Shown here: positions 19,691-29,588 of the stretch, in pieces
Position numbering within the stretch: the first letter of the stretch is position 1
Layout of the letters: the number at the start of each line of letters is the position of its first letter
IMG/VR virus record: IMGVR_UViG_3300037743_000076
Coordinates: 1 to 41,479 of that record
Reading direction: 5' to 3' (one strand)
Length of the DNA: 41,479 nucleotides
Source of the DNA: a virus
Taxonomy: Duplodnaviria > Caudoviricetes
The notes under the pieces: model-generated
Seen by the model: the letters and a program-made list of their open reading frames with translations, nothing else
Databases searched by the model: none
What the model was told of the DNA's origin: nothing
Program-made: the position numbers and the translations under genes

Positions 19691-19728
19691 AAAAGCACCC
19701 CATCCTTTGTGGGATGGGGTGCTTTTTT
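19691..19728. terminator. bidirectional terminator
   Basis: AAAAGCACCCCATCC-tttgtg-GGATGGGGTGCTTTTTT between convergent genes. Confidence 0.9.
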
Positions 19729-19732
19729 GTGC

Positions 19733-19912
19733 CTAGCGCTTCGCGCTGGCTAGGAACCCAGCGAAGTCCTTACTAGACAACTCGAATATAGGCGAGTCAT
19801 CCAGCAGCTTGCTGTCTCTAATCTGGAGTTGGCCCGCCTGTGAGCGCGCCTCTACACACTGATTCTGCCCGTCGCTACGGCTCGACTTCTTCCACGGGGC
19901 ACTTCCCACCAT
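19733..19912 (-). CDS. DUF397 (BldB/Scr2-like) protein
   Basis: Read by hand, 59 aa: WKKSSRS...CVEA....IRDSK; TAATG coupling to the upstream XRE gene. Confidence 0.9.
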   Translation of the reverse strand: MVGSAPWKKSSRSDGQNQCVEARSQAGQLQIRDSKLLDDSPIFELSSKDFAGFLASAKR

Positions 19913-20694
19913 TACAACTCCTTAATCGGTGTAGCTTCGCGGTACAGCTCTTTAAAGCGCTGATGATAGACGGAGGTTACCCTGCTGTCTTCTTCGTATC
20001 GACTTCCGTCTAGCCCCTCCGTGTACAGGCACTCTGGCTCTGACAACTCGGCGGGGAACCGCAGCAATGTGAACGGCCCCCGAAGATGGGGGTAGGGCAC
20101 ACCTGAGATAGGCAGCACTCTCACGTCTGCGGGCGTGTTTATCAGACGCGCCATTTGCTCATCATCCCCGAGTGGCAACGCCCACTCGCACGTAAGTACC
20201 CGCAGCGCGGGCAGCGGGTCACGCCCCCAAAAACTTGAGTGCCGCTTCTCTCGGATGTCCAGCCACGCTCGTATAGTTTCCTCGTCTTGCCCGTGGCGTT
20301 CGTGCAGTTTCCACGCGTACGCGCGGGTCTGCAAAAGCCCAACAACTAGGTTGGGTTCGTATATCAGCAGCTCGGAGGCTATCGCCTCCAAATCCACAAA
20401 GAGCTGAAAGCCGTGGATAAGACTACGTGTGAAGTCATCCCGCCACGGCTTGTCTCGCTGAGCTGCCTTGTACATCTCTGCCAGCTCGTTAGCTAGCTCA
20501 GGGGGCGCTTCATAAAAAAGCGCCGCTTCTCGTATCGCTGGGAATGTGAGAGACACACCTTGCCCCGCTTCGAGTCTTCTAATCGTGGTCATCCCGCCGA
20601 GGATGCCCGTTGCCTCCACTGTTCGTAGACTTCGCTTGCCGCGCAAGCGCCTTAGACGCCGCCCTAGTTGGCGGCTCGTAAATCCGACTGCCAT
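19912..20694 (-). CDS. XRE-HTH + DUF5753 (WhiJ/Scr1-like) regulator
   Basis: LGRRLRRLR, RLEAG, GLLQTRAYA, RVLP, PFTLLRF, YTEG motifs. Confidence 0.9.
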   Translation of the reverse strand: MAVGFTSRQLGRRLRRLRGKRSLRTVEATGILGGMTTIRRLEAGQGVSLTFPAIREAALFYEAPPELANELAEMYKAAQRDKPWRDDFTRSLIHGFQLFVDLEAIASELLIYEPNLVVGLLQTRAYAWKLHERHGQDEETIRAWLDIREKRHSSFWGRDPLPALRVLTCEWALPLGDDEQMARLINTPADVRVLPISGVPYPHLRGPFTLLRFPAELSEPECLYTEGLDGSRYEEDSRVTSVYHQRFKELYREATPIKEL

Positions 20695-20825
20695 TCAGAC
20701 AGTGTGTCACGAAGTGGCGTGCGCCGCAATAACACACTCTGAGAGCGGCTGAGCCTATTGAAGCTGTGCCGCTGGTCACCTAGCGTAGAGGCTATGAGCA
20801 CCGCATCACAGCAAAGGGGCAGCGA

Positions 20826-21026
20826 ATGTCAGACAGCTACGCCGAGAGCATTCCCGGAAAGCACGCAAACAACGACGGGTGGTGTATCGATTGCTACAAA
20901 GCTTATGGGGTTGGCATTCGTTGGCCGTGCGCCCATAGCACGCCCACAGGCGAACACCGCTGGGCGTGGCAGGCACCCAGCGGGAACAAAGATCACAAAG
21001 GAGAACACAGTGGCTCAACAAGTTGA
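20826..21026 (+). CDS. small His/Cys putative metal-binding protein
   Basis: H....GWCIDC...RWPC; AAAGGGG RBS. Confidence 0.5.
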   Translation: MSDSYAESIPGKHANNDGWCIDCYKAYGVGIRWPCAHSTPTGEHRWAWQAPSGNKDHKGEHSGSTS

Positions 21027-21258
21027 GCGTGTCAGTGTTGGGCTTGCTAGGCAAGCACAAGCCGGACTAGATAGGCACCGCCGTAGTGAGCTTGGGTGGT
21101 GCCTCGCTTGCTTCGAGTGTGGCATTACCGTTCGCTGGGCAGAGTGTAATGAGTGGCTGTGGTCTAAAGAGATCATGAGCCGCTGGAACGCCCAAGAACA
21201 AGACCCGCCTATCTGGCAAGGCGTAGTTAGAGAGTACATCTCCAAACAGGACAGATGA
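21010..21258 (+). CDS. small His/Cys putative metal-binding protein
   Basis: AAGGAG RBS + GTG; H.....GWCLAC...RW.EC; a longer in-frame start at 20794 is possible. Confidence 0.6.
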   Translation: MAQQVERVSVGLARQAQAGLDRHRRSELGWCLACFECGITVRWAECNEWLWSKEIMSRWNAQEQDPPIWQGVVREYISKQDR

Positions 21259-21265
21259 AATACAC

Positions 21266-21303
21266 AAAAAAAAGAGCCCCCGCCTTTCGGCGGGGGCTTT
21301 CTT
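21266..21303. terminator. bidirectional terminator ending the early operon
   Basis: A8-GAGCCCCCGCC-tttc-GGCGGGGGCTTT. Confidence 0.9.
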
Positions 21304-21655
21304 ACGTATCGGGATATCCAGGGTCATAGCCATGATCAAACGCGCTTACCGCGCGGTCATCAATCAGCGTGTGAAACAACACCTTGCCGGGGATAACCCG
21401 GCTGATAGGAATATGCCAGTGGGCTAGCCACTGCTCTATAAGCTCCACATCAGACCACGGCCTAGCCGTGTACAGGACATTAGTCCATCCACGACAATGG
21501 TAGTTGCTAACCCGAATTGTGTTAATCCAAATCGGACTGCCGATCGCACGGGAGTGTGATCCGTCCTCATTGAGAACTGTCTCAGCCAAAGTACCGTCAA
21601 GATCCCAGGCTATCCAGTGAAGCGCCTCGCGAGGCGCGGTTATGAATCCATTCAA
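21302..21655 (-). CDS. HAD-family phosphatase (PNKP phosphatase-like)
   Basis: DLDGTL, TAR, K and IDDRA motifs. Confidence 0.8.
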   Translation of the reverse strand: MNGFITAPREALHWIAWDLDGTLAETVLNEDGSHSRAIGSPIWINTIRVSNYHCRGWTNVLYTARPWSDVELIEQWLAHWHIPISRVIPGKVLFHTLIDDRAVSAFDHGYDPGYPDT

Positions 21656-22227
21656 GATAGCCCGTCCATCTTTACAAGCTCTTTGACAGAAGCCGCAAGA
21701 TCTTCAAGCGAACCATCGTTCTTGATATAGCCGTCAAATTCCCAAGTAGACAAGTCGTGCTCTGACTGATGATCGTTAACAGGGCCGACGCCCGGACGAA
21801 CCACTTGGTAGGTTCGTCCGCCCAGGGCGGTTATCCGCCCCACTTCATTCTGATAACGCACATCGGTTACAACGATATTGCCGTAGTCAATAACCGAGTC
21901 CATCAGCCTAGCGGCGTTTACCCAAACGTTCTTACCAACTACATTACGGACAGACGAACCGAGCAATTGTAGATAAGGGCGAACGCCGTCAAACTCTTTC
22001 GCGTCTTCCCAGCCGACCCGCTCTACAACATCCGCAAGGCGGATAGGCACATCGTGCCTAACTCCACCCGCTACCCAGCGGGTGCCCATGTCTACAATAG
22101 GATTCAAAGTCAAGGCAAGTTCTTTGAGCTTGTCAGCGAATGCAATTCGCTTATAGCCGTAGTCTGCCAGGATGGCAGCCACGGAATCCTTGCCGCTGCG
22201 AGCGGCACCGGAAAGACCTATTAGCAT
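21652..22227 (-). CDS. deoxynucleoside monophosphate kinase
   Basis: IGLSGAARSGKDS P-loop, AFADKLK, VTDVRY.NE, H.SE. Confidence 0.92.
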   Translation of the reverse strand: MLIGLSGAARSGKDSVAAILADYGYKRIAFADKLKELALTLNPIVDMGTRWVAGGVRHDVPIRLADVVERVGWEDAKEFDGVRPYLQLLGSSVRNVVGKNVWVNAARLMDSVIDYGNIVVTDVRYQNEVGRITALGGRTYQVVRPGVGPVNDHQSEHDLSTWEFDGYIKNDGSLEDLAASVKELVKMDGLS

Positions 22228-24669
22228 TAAGCAACCTCTTCAAACTTCGGTGTGTCCACGTGAATCCAATTCACCTTGGTAATTCTGTGGGGCTCTGTCC
22301 AGCCCTCGACAAGCCGTCGCAAACCATCGCTACCGGGTCGGCCGCTAGCGTGCCCACTGAAGTAAACACGGTGGATAACCTCTCCTTTACCCAGCCTCTC
22401 TACAGTGGCCTTGACAAAATAGATATTAGTACGGCCCCAAGTGCGGGAGACTATTACTCTATCTCCGACAGACAACGGCTCTCCGAAAGCGTCCTTCATT
22501 CGCACCACTCCACAGTAATCTTTGCCGAGCGGATAAGCCCGTCAACCTCATGAGTAAGCTTGTCAACTTCGTAATCTGAGCCCTCATCAGAATCCCAAAC
22601 CATCTCGTTGATACCCATAAAATCCGGGTCGGATACGCTGTCGCGTATCCACTTCTCGGCCAGTTCTTTAGCTTCACTCATTCCTTTGTCTCCTTAGCCT
22701 CTTCGATCTTGGCAATCTCGTTAAGCGCTGCCAGAAGATCATTACCTACAAAGAACTTCTTACCGCACGGACGCGTAATCCAAAAACCGTTGCGGGTCTT
22801 CTCTACCGCGAGTCGGTCAGGCAGATAAAGCCTTGTAATACCGTCACGCACTTTGGCAATATAAGTTGTCTTAGTTTCAATCTCCATTTAGTTCACCTTG
22901 TCCTAAAAGTACTTGACTACTTCGGGTTTGCTATAAACCTCAAAGACTCGGCGGCGAACAACAGTGTGCTCGTTGTCAATAGCGCTCTCCCGAGCCCAGT
23001 TAACCCACTGAGCCGCAGAGTGCCATTCGATAAGCTGCTCTCCATTTTCTAGAGTTCCATAGTCAACACCGAATTGATACATAGCACCGTTAAGTATTTC
23101 GGCCATTAGTCTTCTTCCCGGCTAAAGAGCTCTGTGGGTAGATGATTAGAAATAACCACCCTTTGCGAGTTAACCTCATTAATGAGTCCGTGAACCATTC
23201 TCTTGGTGTTGGGCGCGACCGTTGTCTTGCTTCTCAGCCGGTCGCTGAGATCAGAAGCCGCGTCTTCACGACCGGCTTTAACCCCTTCTTTGTAGATAGA
23301 CAGCATCCCTCTTCGGATAAGTTCGTCTAGATGTTCCATTAGATAACCTCTTGAACTTCCACACACGCTCGGTTTCAGTCGTAACCGAGTATGTCTTCAT
23401 AGGTGGCTGTGGCTTCTCTTGTGTGAAGATCAAAGTCGGCTCTACCGCCTCTTCGTATCGTGAGTATCCGAGAAACTGCCGTTCCTCATAAGAATCAACA
23501 TAAGGGTTGAGCCAGTCCACGAACTTCTCAATCTCGCCGTCGTAGTTTTTAAGGTCACAAAGGATTGAAACATAGTAGTTGCCAAACTGATCTTTCCGAA
23601 AAGACGACTTGGACTCAGCAGGCGCAAAGTAATAACTCGAGCAGTTCAACATGAACTGCCAACGCGAAGTATGAAACAAGCCATGCGTAAATGGTGGTTT
23701 AAATCCTTCTTCAGTGTTGGACAGCATATATTCCAAAGTGTCTATCACGCCCTTAGGCGTGTCTCGCCTAAGCTCTGCGTTGTAGCAGAGCTGTGTATAC
23801 ATTCCCATTAGTTCTCAATCTCCTTTTTGCACAGTCGGCACACAGTGATCAGGTTTCCCTTTGCGTAGTCTGGCTGTCGCCAGTCTTTTCGGATCACTGT
23901 GAGCAGGTTGATTGTCTGGTCTCCCTTGGAGACCGCGTGAGTTCGTCCGCAGACAGAGCAATTGTCTTGCTTCGCCTTAGCGGCTAGCTCTTCATAAGTC
24001 GGGTCCTCTTTAGTACTCATAAACAACTTCCTTACTAAAGCCGCATTCGCGGCACGAAGCCAAGAACACCCTTTTAGGATCAAAGAAGTTAGTCACGTCA
24101 AGTTCGGTAATGTCCAGGTGCTTACAGTTCTTTTCACGCTCTTCTTGCGCGGCGTGCGCTAGCAGGTAATAGCCCAGGACAGTCTCAGGTGTCAATACAA
24201 GATCTGTACCTTCTACTGTGTAATTCATAGGTAAAACTCCAGTCCAATAAGGTTAGGGTCAATCTGTTCGGCGCTTAGAGCGCCGCTGACGTAAAGAGCA
24301 CGGAAGTGCTCAAAGTCCCTAAAGCCGTGGTGTCGTGCGTTGCTATCAGCGTGGCGTTTTACTTCTGCTTCGCCTAGCTCGTCAACCATCTGGGCGTAAG
24401 CTTCTTCTTGCGCCCAGCGGTCATAGTCGTATTTGATGTAGTCATCCATTACCCGACACAGCACTTTCCGCAGCGAGCTTCGCTGCCGCTTCGTCCTTGG
24501 CTTCGCCGTAGGCGAACATGTGCCCAAGGGCTGAAACACTCCACAACCAACCGTCTACCGGAGCGTCGGGCACGCCGCTGCCCTTAGAAACAACCGCCGT
24601 ATACCTTCCCTTGTGGGCTTCCTGATAAACAAACCCGTCATACCCTGTAACCGCGCTGTAATCAAACAC
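22227..24669 (-). CDS. run of about ten small, tightly coupled hypothetical genes (22227-22508, 22496-22681, 22678-22887, 22903-23106, 23106-23339, 23278-23808, 23808-24020, 24010-24228, 24225-24449, 24442-24669)
   Basis: Head-to-tail ORFs with overlapping stop/start codons and RBSs; 23808-24020 has two CxxC pairs; no function recognised. Confidence 0.6.
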
Positions 24670-24681
24670 TTGCTTTCTCCT

Positions 24682-26658
24682 TTAGTGAATGGCTTCAAAC
24701 CAAGTACGCCCAGCCGGACCCGAGTCCGCTGGGAATTCGAGGCGCTGTCCGCCTCGCTTCGGTTCAAAAGATGTGTGCATTAGATCTACTATGTATTGCC
24801 GACAAGCGTCGGCGTTCTCTTTAGGAATAGACATCAATAGCGCGTCGTGGACTTGCGCCTTGACACGTCGCAAGACGTGAGGCGGCATACGCCGCAGCGC
24901 GTCACAGATAATCTCTCGGGTACCGGACTGCCCGAGCAGAGCCGGTGCCTGAGTGAACTCGCGCCCTTTCTCTACCCACAGTTTGCGACCCCAATCGTTA
25001 ACCACGTAGCCGTGTCGGCGTGCGTGGTCTGTGGAGTTCTTTTGCCAGCGAACAACGCCTGTAAAGGCTTTGTCCATGTTGGTTAGAAACGTCTTCGCCT
25101 CCGGCTCTGGCATGCCTGTCTGACGTGCCAGGGTCTTCGGACCAATCTTGTAGCCCCAACCATGACCGGGAACCTTCGCCTTTTGGCGGTACCCCCTAGG
25201 GTCTTTAGCCACCTCGTCTTCGCCCCACGCGGCAATCGCGTTGATCATGTGGCCGTCTGCGCCGGGTTCAAACCGCTTAACATATTCTCGGTCACCGCTG
25301 AGAGCGGCAACAATCCGAGCGTCCGCATTAGAGTAATCAAACTCAATCAAGACTTCATCTTCGCTGTCGGCAATAAAGTAATCTTTCTCAACAGCGCCGG
25401 GACCGCTGTTCGTCCACACTGTAAGACCGGGTTCGGTCGTAGACCAGCGGCCGGACCTTTGCAGCATAAAGATATCCGGGTGAACAAACCCGTCCGAGTG
25501 AACAGAATCCAAGGCGAGCTGTGACAGCGATCGCTGCCCTTGCAGCTCTGCCCAAGCTTGCCCTAGCTCTTCAGCCGGGGTGTCCCTAGTTAGCTCTATT
25601 AGGGTGTCTCCCGACAGCGACAATCCAAACGCGACAGGCAACGGGTTAGCCAGAAGATCAAGGATCTTCTTCCGGTCCCGTTCTATCCAGCGCTCACGCG
25701 CTGCCCGAGAGCGCGGGGGCAACTCGCTACTCTTGATCTCTCTATCCCATTTTTTGATATCAGCGGCCAAAGCCTCTGTCTTTTCCTGAGCCTTTTTCTT
25801 CAGCTCTTTGCGGTTAGCCCAGGATTGAGTTTTGGGCCACTCCACAGTGTTAGGAGTGATCCCGTAGTCCGCCAAAGCCGCGAGTACAGCTCTCTTGCCT
25901 TCGTCGGTTTTCCACGGGGAATTGCCCTCAGAGGGCATCCCGTATCGTTCTTCCAACTCGGACAGTATCTCCGCTTTGCGGGCTGCTAGTTCGTCACGCC
26001 GCTTCGTAGCGGCGGTAATGTCCAGCCGCAAGCCGTTGGCTTGGATAATGAACTTCCGGGCTTCTATGCCTTGCTCACGCAGGGCGTAAGCGTCAAGCGG
26101 GCCCTTGTTGAGTAGTGACTGGGCAACCTGCTCTGAGCAGGTTACGTCTCCTATTAGGTACTCTCGATACCGTTTGTCAGATACAGGAATCAACCCGTAC
26201 CCGCCAAACTCGTCGGCAAGTTCCTTCAGATCCATGATCTTGCCCGGCACCCCAAGTTGGAATGCTTGATTGTCCAAACTAAACCAACGCCGCGCGGCCT
26301 TAGGCGTGTTCGCTAGCCGCGTCACACCGTGCCGGTCAACGTACTGAAAGGGTGCCGGGTGCACCAATGCAGCGTGAGTAAACGTGTCATACACGCGCCC
26401 TTGCTCTGCTAGTTCCAAAGGCGTGTTAGACCTAAGGCCAAAGATCATCGGAAGGTCAAACGAATTGATGTTGTGTCCAATGATCCAACGCGCTTTAAGA
26501 ATCTGCTCTTGTATTTCCTCAAGGGATTCAGTGATAATAGTCTCGGCCGAGCCTGCCCACTTATACCCAATCAGCCGCACAAACTCTTCTGGCGGCATTG
26601 TGTACATATCGTCCACACTGTGCGACTCAATATCAAAGATCAAAGTGCCGGACGGCAT
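24682..26658 (-). CDS. polA: DNA polymerase, family A (3'-5' exonuclease + polymerase)
   Basis: FDIES, GHNINSFDLP, SGRWS, DYSNADAR (motif A), RQKAK..GH...Y (B), QVHDA (C). Confidence 0.95.
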   Translation of the reverse strand: MPSGTLIFDIESHSVDDMYTMPPEEFVRLIGYKWAGSAETIITESLEEIQEQILKARWIIGHNINSFDLPMIFGLRSNTPLELAEQGRVYDTFTHAALVHPAPFQYVDRHGVTRLANTPKAARRWFSLDNQAFQLGVPGKIMDLKELADEFGGYGLIPVSDKRYREYLIGDVTCSEQVAQSLLNKGPLDAYALREQGIEARKFIIQANGLRLDITAATKRRDELAARKAEILSELEERYGMPSEGNSPWKTDEGKRAVLAALADYGITPNTVEWPKTQSWANRKELKKKAQEKTEALAADIKKWDREIKSSELPPRSRAARERWIERDRKKILDLLANPLPVAFGLSLSGDTLIELTRDTPAEELGQAWAELQGQRSLSQLALDSVHSDGFVHPDIFMLQRSGRWSTTEPGLTVWTNSGPGAVEKDYFIADSEDEVLIEFDYSNADARIVAALSGDREYVKRFEPGADGHMINAIAAWGEDEVAKDPRGYRQKAKVPGHGWGYKIGPKTLARQTGMPEPEAKTFLTNMDKAFTGVVRWQKNSTDHARRHGYVVNDWGRKLWVEKGREFTQAPALLGQSGTREIICDALRRMPPHVLRRVKAQVHDALLMSIPKENADACRQYIVDLMHTSFEPKRGGQRLEFPADSGPAGRTWFEAIH

Positions 26659-26685
26659 TAGCGTCTCCTTTCATAGCGGCAAGGG

Positions 26686-26711
26686 AAGGGCCGCCCCGAA
26701 GAGCGGCCCTT
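26686..26711 (-). promoter_or_regulatory. UUCG hairpin upstream of polA RBS
   Basis: AAGGGCCGCTC-TTCG-GGGCGGCCCTT on the - strand with no clear U tract. Confidence 0.5.
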
Positions 26712-26724
26712 GTCTAATGTGTTG

Positions 26725-27219
26725 TTAACCCCAAATAGGAGAGCACTGATCGGATGAGCCCTTAGGCTGGGGGCAGAAGTGTCCGCGCCACGCCTTCTTG
26801 CCCGTATCGCCTCCGCCTCCACTGCGGAGGGTCATAGCGCCGTGAGCGCAAGACTTGCCACTGCCGGTTGCCTGAACAACCGGAGCGGCGGGCGCCGCCG
26901 TATTCGGGGCAGGGGTCTTGAAAGAACCACCACGGAACACGGCGGCCGCCTTCTTATTCAGCTCGAAGAGCTCCTGAGCCATCGCGGCCTCGACATTCGC
27001 CGCGTACTCGTATGGCGAATCGCCTCGAATCACAAGCCAAGAAGCTTCGTAGCCGGGACCTTCTTTAAAGGTCCCGGTAAAAGCTTGTTCGAGAGTCGTC
27101 TTTTCAACAGTCAATTTAGTATTGTCCTTAGTAGTGTTTTCATTGTTTGGAATCGGGTCGCCAGCGGCGACGACAGCAGTAGTGGCAAAAGGGTCAGCGG
27201 TTGCGAACGGGTCAGTCAC
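26725..27219 (-). CDS. conserved actinophage protein with C-terminal Cys/His domain (possible ssDNA-binding)
   Basis: TFKEGPGYEASWLVI and CAHGAM...FCP....QC motifs like the gene next to pol in cluster A-type phages; function not established. Confidence 0.55.
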   Translation of the reverse strand: MTDPFATADPFATTAVVAAGDPIPNNENTTKDNTKLTVEKTTLEQAFTGTFKEGPGYEASWLVIRGDSPYEYAANVEAAMAQELFELNKKAAAVFRGGSFKTPAPNTAAPAAPVVQATGSGKSCAHGAMTLRSGGGGDTGKKAWRGHFCPQPKGSSDQCSPIWG

Positions 27220-27440
27220 TCGCTCTTCTCCTTACGAACTTTGCGCACCGCTGCCGGTGCGACAGCAAGAATCATCAAAGCGCTAACAACAAACACAAAC
27301 GCAATCGAACCCCCAACAACCCATGCGAGCATGGTCAGAACTTCTGTCATTTCTTATACTCCTTTTTGTCTATTAGTCCACTGAATACAACCTCAGGAAG
27401 TTCACCTTTGCGGTGAACCACACTTACTACGTAGATCTGC

Positions 27441-27614
27441 TCAGTCATCCTTAACGCCCATATCAAGCGGAGGCAGGCTGTCCAAAATCTCTCGGATCTC
27501 TTGCGCTTCTGCCCTTGTCATGTAGCCCCAAGCGAATGACCCTCCGACATACGCCGGAAGGTCATCTTCGTGCCACTTCTCAAACCGCCATTCAGGCGGT
27601 AGTGCTTTACTCAT
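27441..27614 (-). CDS. hypothetical protein
   Basis: Small ORF in operon orientation. Confidence 0.4.
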   Translation of the reverse strand: MSKALPPEWRFEKWHEDDLPAYVGGSFAWGYMTRAEAQEIREILDSLPPLDMGVKDD

Positions 27615-27709
27615 CGTCTGTCCCATCAGGATCTTTTCCACAGTCGAAGCAATCACCGCGAGGTGACCAGCGATGCCCTACTTCTTCGCACAAGTGCTCT
27701 GCGTCTTCT

Positions 27710-28429
27710 TTATTCATCCTCGGTCACCCACTCTCCGGTGTTGCGCGACATAATGTGTCTAGCGCCTAGATATCCGTTGGTACGTTGTTTGTGCCAAGTG
27801 GACTTTCCGGTACCAAACCGGTTGAGCTCATCAGTCAACCGGTCAACCGCGCGGTTAGCGCGCTTGCGCTCGGCGCTGCCACTAGGCATAGCCTCGAAGA
27901 GGACAAACCGACGAAAGATGATGTCTTTATCCTCTGCGGACAAAGCCAGCATTCCAGCTCTGATATCAGAGCTGACCGCCATGGCATCCATGCCGGACTC
28001 GGGCGTCGTATTCTCAGTAACCGCTGAAGGCGGTTCGTACTCGTCAGGGTCTACCATTATTGTCTGATGTGGCGGGCCAACCCGCAAGCTTTCAGCTTCA
28101 GGCGGTACATACGTAAGATCCCTAGTGTTGTCAGTCAATGCGTTTTCGAGCATCTTCCGAACATCAGCGGGCTTATACATATAATGCGCCACTACACTGC
28201 TGTGTTTGCTGCGCTCTCGCTGGCAGTACTTTGCACCCACCAAACGCAGTAGCTCGCGAACGTTGACACGTTCGCCCTCTGTCCTGATTGTTTCTCCTTT
28301 ATCCCAAACAAACATACGAAGCTCTTGTGCAATATCTTCTTGCTCAATACCTTTGTAATCAAAAGACAAGCTCTTAGCTACTCGGGCTATCAGATCTTCG
28401 TGTTCTTCAAGCAGTGCATCATTTCCCAT
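27710..28429 (-). CDS. sigma-70-like / HTH transcription factor
   Basis: Region-2-like IEQEDIAQEL..W and region-4-like LSAEDKDIIFRRF...RAVDRL. Confidence 0.65.
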   Translation of the reverse strand: MGNDALLEEHEDLIARVAKSLSFDYKGIEQEDIAQELRMFVWDKGETIRTEGERVNVRELLRLVGAKYCQRERSKHSSVVAHYMYKPADVRKMLENALTDNTRDLTYVPPEAESLRVGPPHQTIMVDPDEYEPPSAVTENTTPESGMDAMAVSSDIRAGMLALSAEDKDIIFRRFVLFEAMPSGSAERKRANRAVDRLTDELNRFGTGKSTWHKQRTNGYLGARHIMSRNTGEWVTEDE

Positions 28430-29246
28430 AGCGCTCTCCTAGAAACTCGGAGAGCGGCACGCCCTCGTAACGACGGCAAAGGTAATCGAGGGACACAAAC
28501 ATAGGGTCGTAAGAGCCATCTTCGACTTGATGCTTAACGATAATGCCTCGCCAATGCGAGTTACCTTGTGGACCTTTGTAACCTTCGTCATGCAGGTAGC
28601 AAGAGCCAGCAATAAGCGCATGCTGAGATCGGTTGCCTACAAACCGAATTGCGTAATCCAAAGTTTGCTGATGGCCCATAGTGAATGAATGACCAACTTG
28701 CTTAAGCCGCGAAGCGGCTGCCGTCCCATAAGGACGGCCACTCATTGGGTTATAAAAATAGTGCGAGTACCCAATACCGTCGACCCACCGAATATCCAAG
28801 AACGGAACAACTTCCCAGCCGGGAGACAGCATAGGCAGCTCGACATCCAACCCAGTACCAATAACCCCAAGCCATTCGGGGTCGTTGTTCGCCGCGCGGT
28901 CGGCGCGCTCTTCGTGGTTGCCCCGCAGCAGAATCCTCATCGGATTCCACTGCTTTTCTTTGTTGCGGCGTTGCTTCGCGTTGAACTCATTCAACGCCTT
29001 ATCCAATAGTTGCATTCCGGCATTACCGGCTTTGATGTCATCGACCACGCGGCGGCCCTCCGCCGCGCCTTTGCCTTTGTCGTATGAAGATAGACTCGGC
29101 ATGTCCCAAAAGTCACCAAGGTTAATGATCTTGATATCCGGCTTACCGGCGAACTGATCCACAATGTATTGCCCGACCCAGCGAAGATGGTCGGTCGGTA
29201 CGCCTGGGCGTACCTGGTTGTCGGGGATGACAATGTGTATAGTCAT
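28419..29246 (-). CDS. metallophosphoesterase
   Basis: PDNQ, LGDFWD, GNHE, SH and GHQQ motifs. Confidence 0.9.
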   Translation of the reverse strand: MTIHIVIPDNQVRPGVPTDHLRWVGQYIVDQFAGKPDIKIINLGDFWDMPSLSSYDKGKGAAEGRRVVDDIKAGNAGMQLLDKALNEFNAKQRRNKEKQWNPMRILLRGNHEERADRAANNDPEWLGVIGTGLDVELPMLSPGWEVVPFLDIRWVDGIGYSHYFYNPMSGRPYGTAAASRLKQVGHSFTMGHQQTLDYAIRFVGNRSQHALIAGSCYLHDEGYKGPQGNSHWRGIIVKHQVEDGSYDPMFVSLDYLCRRYEGVPLSEFLGERYGK

Positions 29247-29588
29247 CTAATCCCCTGCCTTGTCAAGTTCGGCAACCTTGGTGGTCAACAGCTCGGCAAG
29301 GTCCCAAGCGATCTCGCGCATAACCTCGGCGCTGTCGCGCGCCTGACGCCAATAGATCTCAAGATCGGAATCAATAGCCGATTCCAAGTCGCCGGTAAGC
29401 AGCGGCTGCCAAAACCGCAACCGCTTAACCAAAAAGTCGGCCTGAACTTCATCCCACTCCACAAAAGAATCCGGAGGGTCTTCGTCGGCCGTAGCCGACA
29501 GTGAGCCGTCTCGCAAGATCTCGGGAAGATCTGATTCATCCTCGGCTTCGACGGAAATGCTTCCGTCGCAAAACTCTACTTTAGTCAA
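29247..29588 (-). CDS. hypothetical acidic protein
   Basis: 113 aa ORF coupled to both neighbours. Confidence 0.55.
   Translation of the reverse strand: MTKVEFCDGSISVEAEDESDLPEILRDGSLSATADEDPPDSFVEWDEVQADFLVKRLRFWQPLLTGDLESAIDSDLEIYWRQARDSAEVMREIAWDLAELLTTKVAELDKAGD

Noticed and set aside
19912-20694. XRE protein as the immunity repressor
   Set aside because: It has the DUF5753 architecture paired with DUF397; a better candidate with matching operators lies at 39997-40380
25630-25826. Intein in the polymerase
   Set aside because: Too short and lacks the C/S start and HN-C/S/T end motifs
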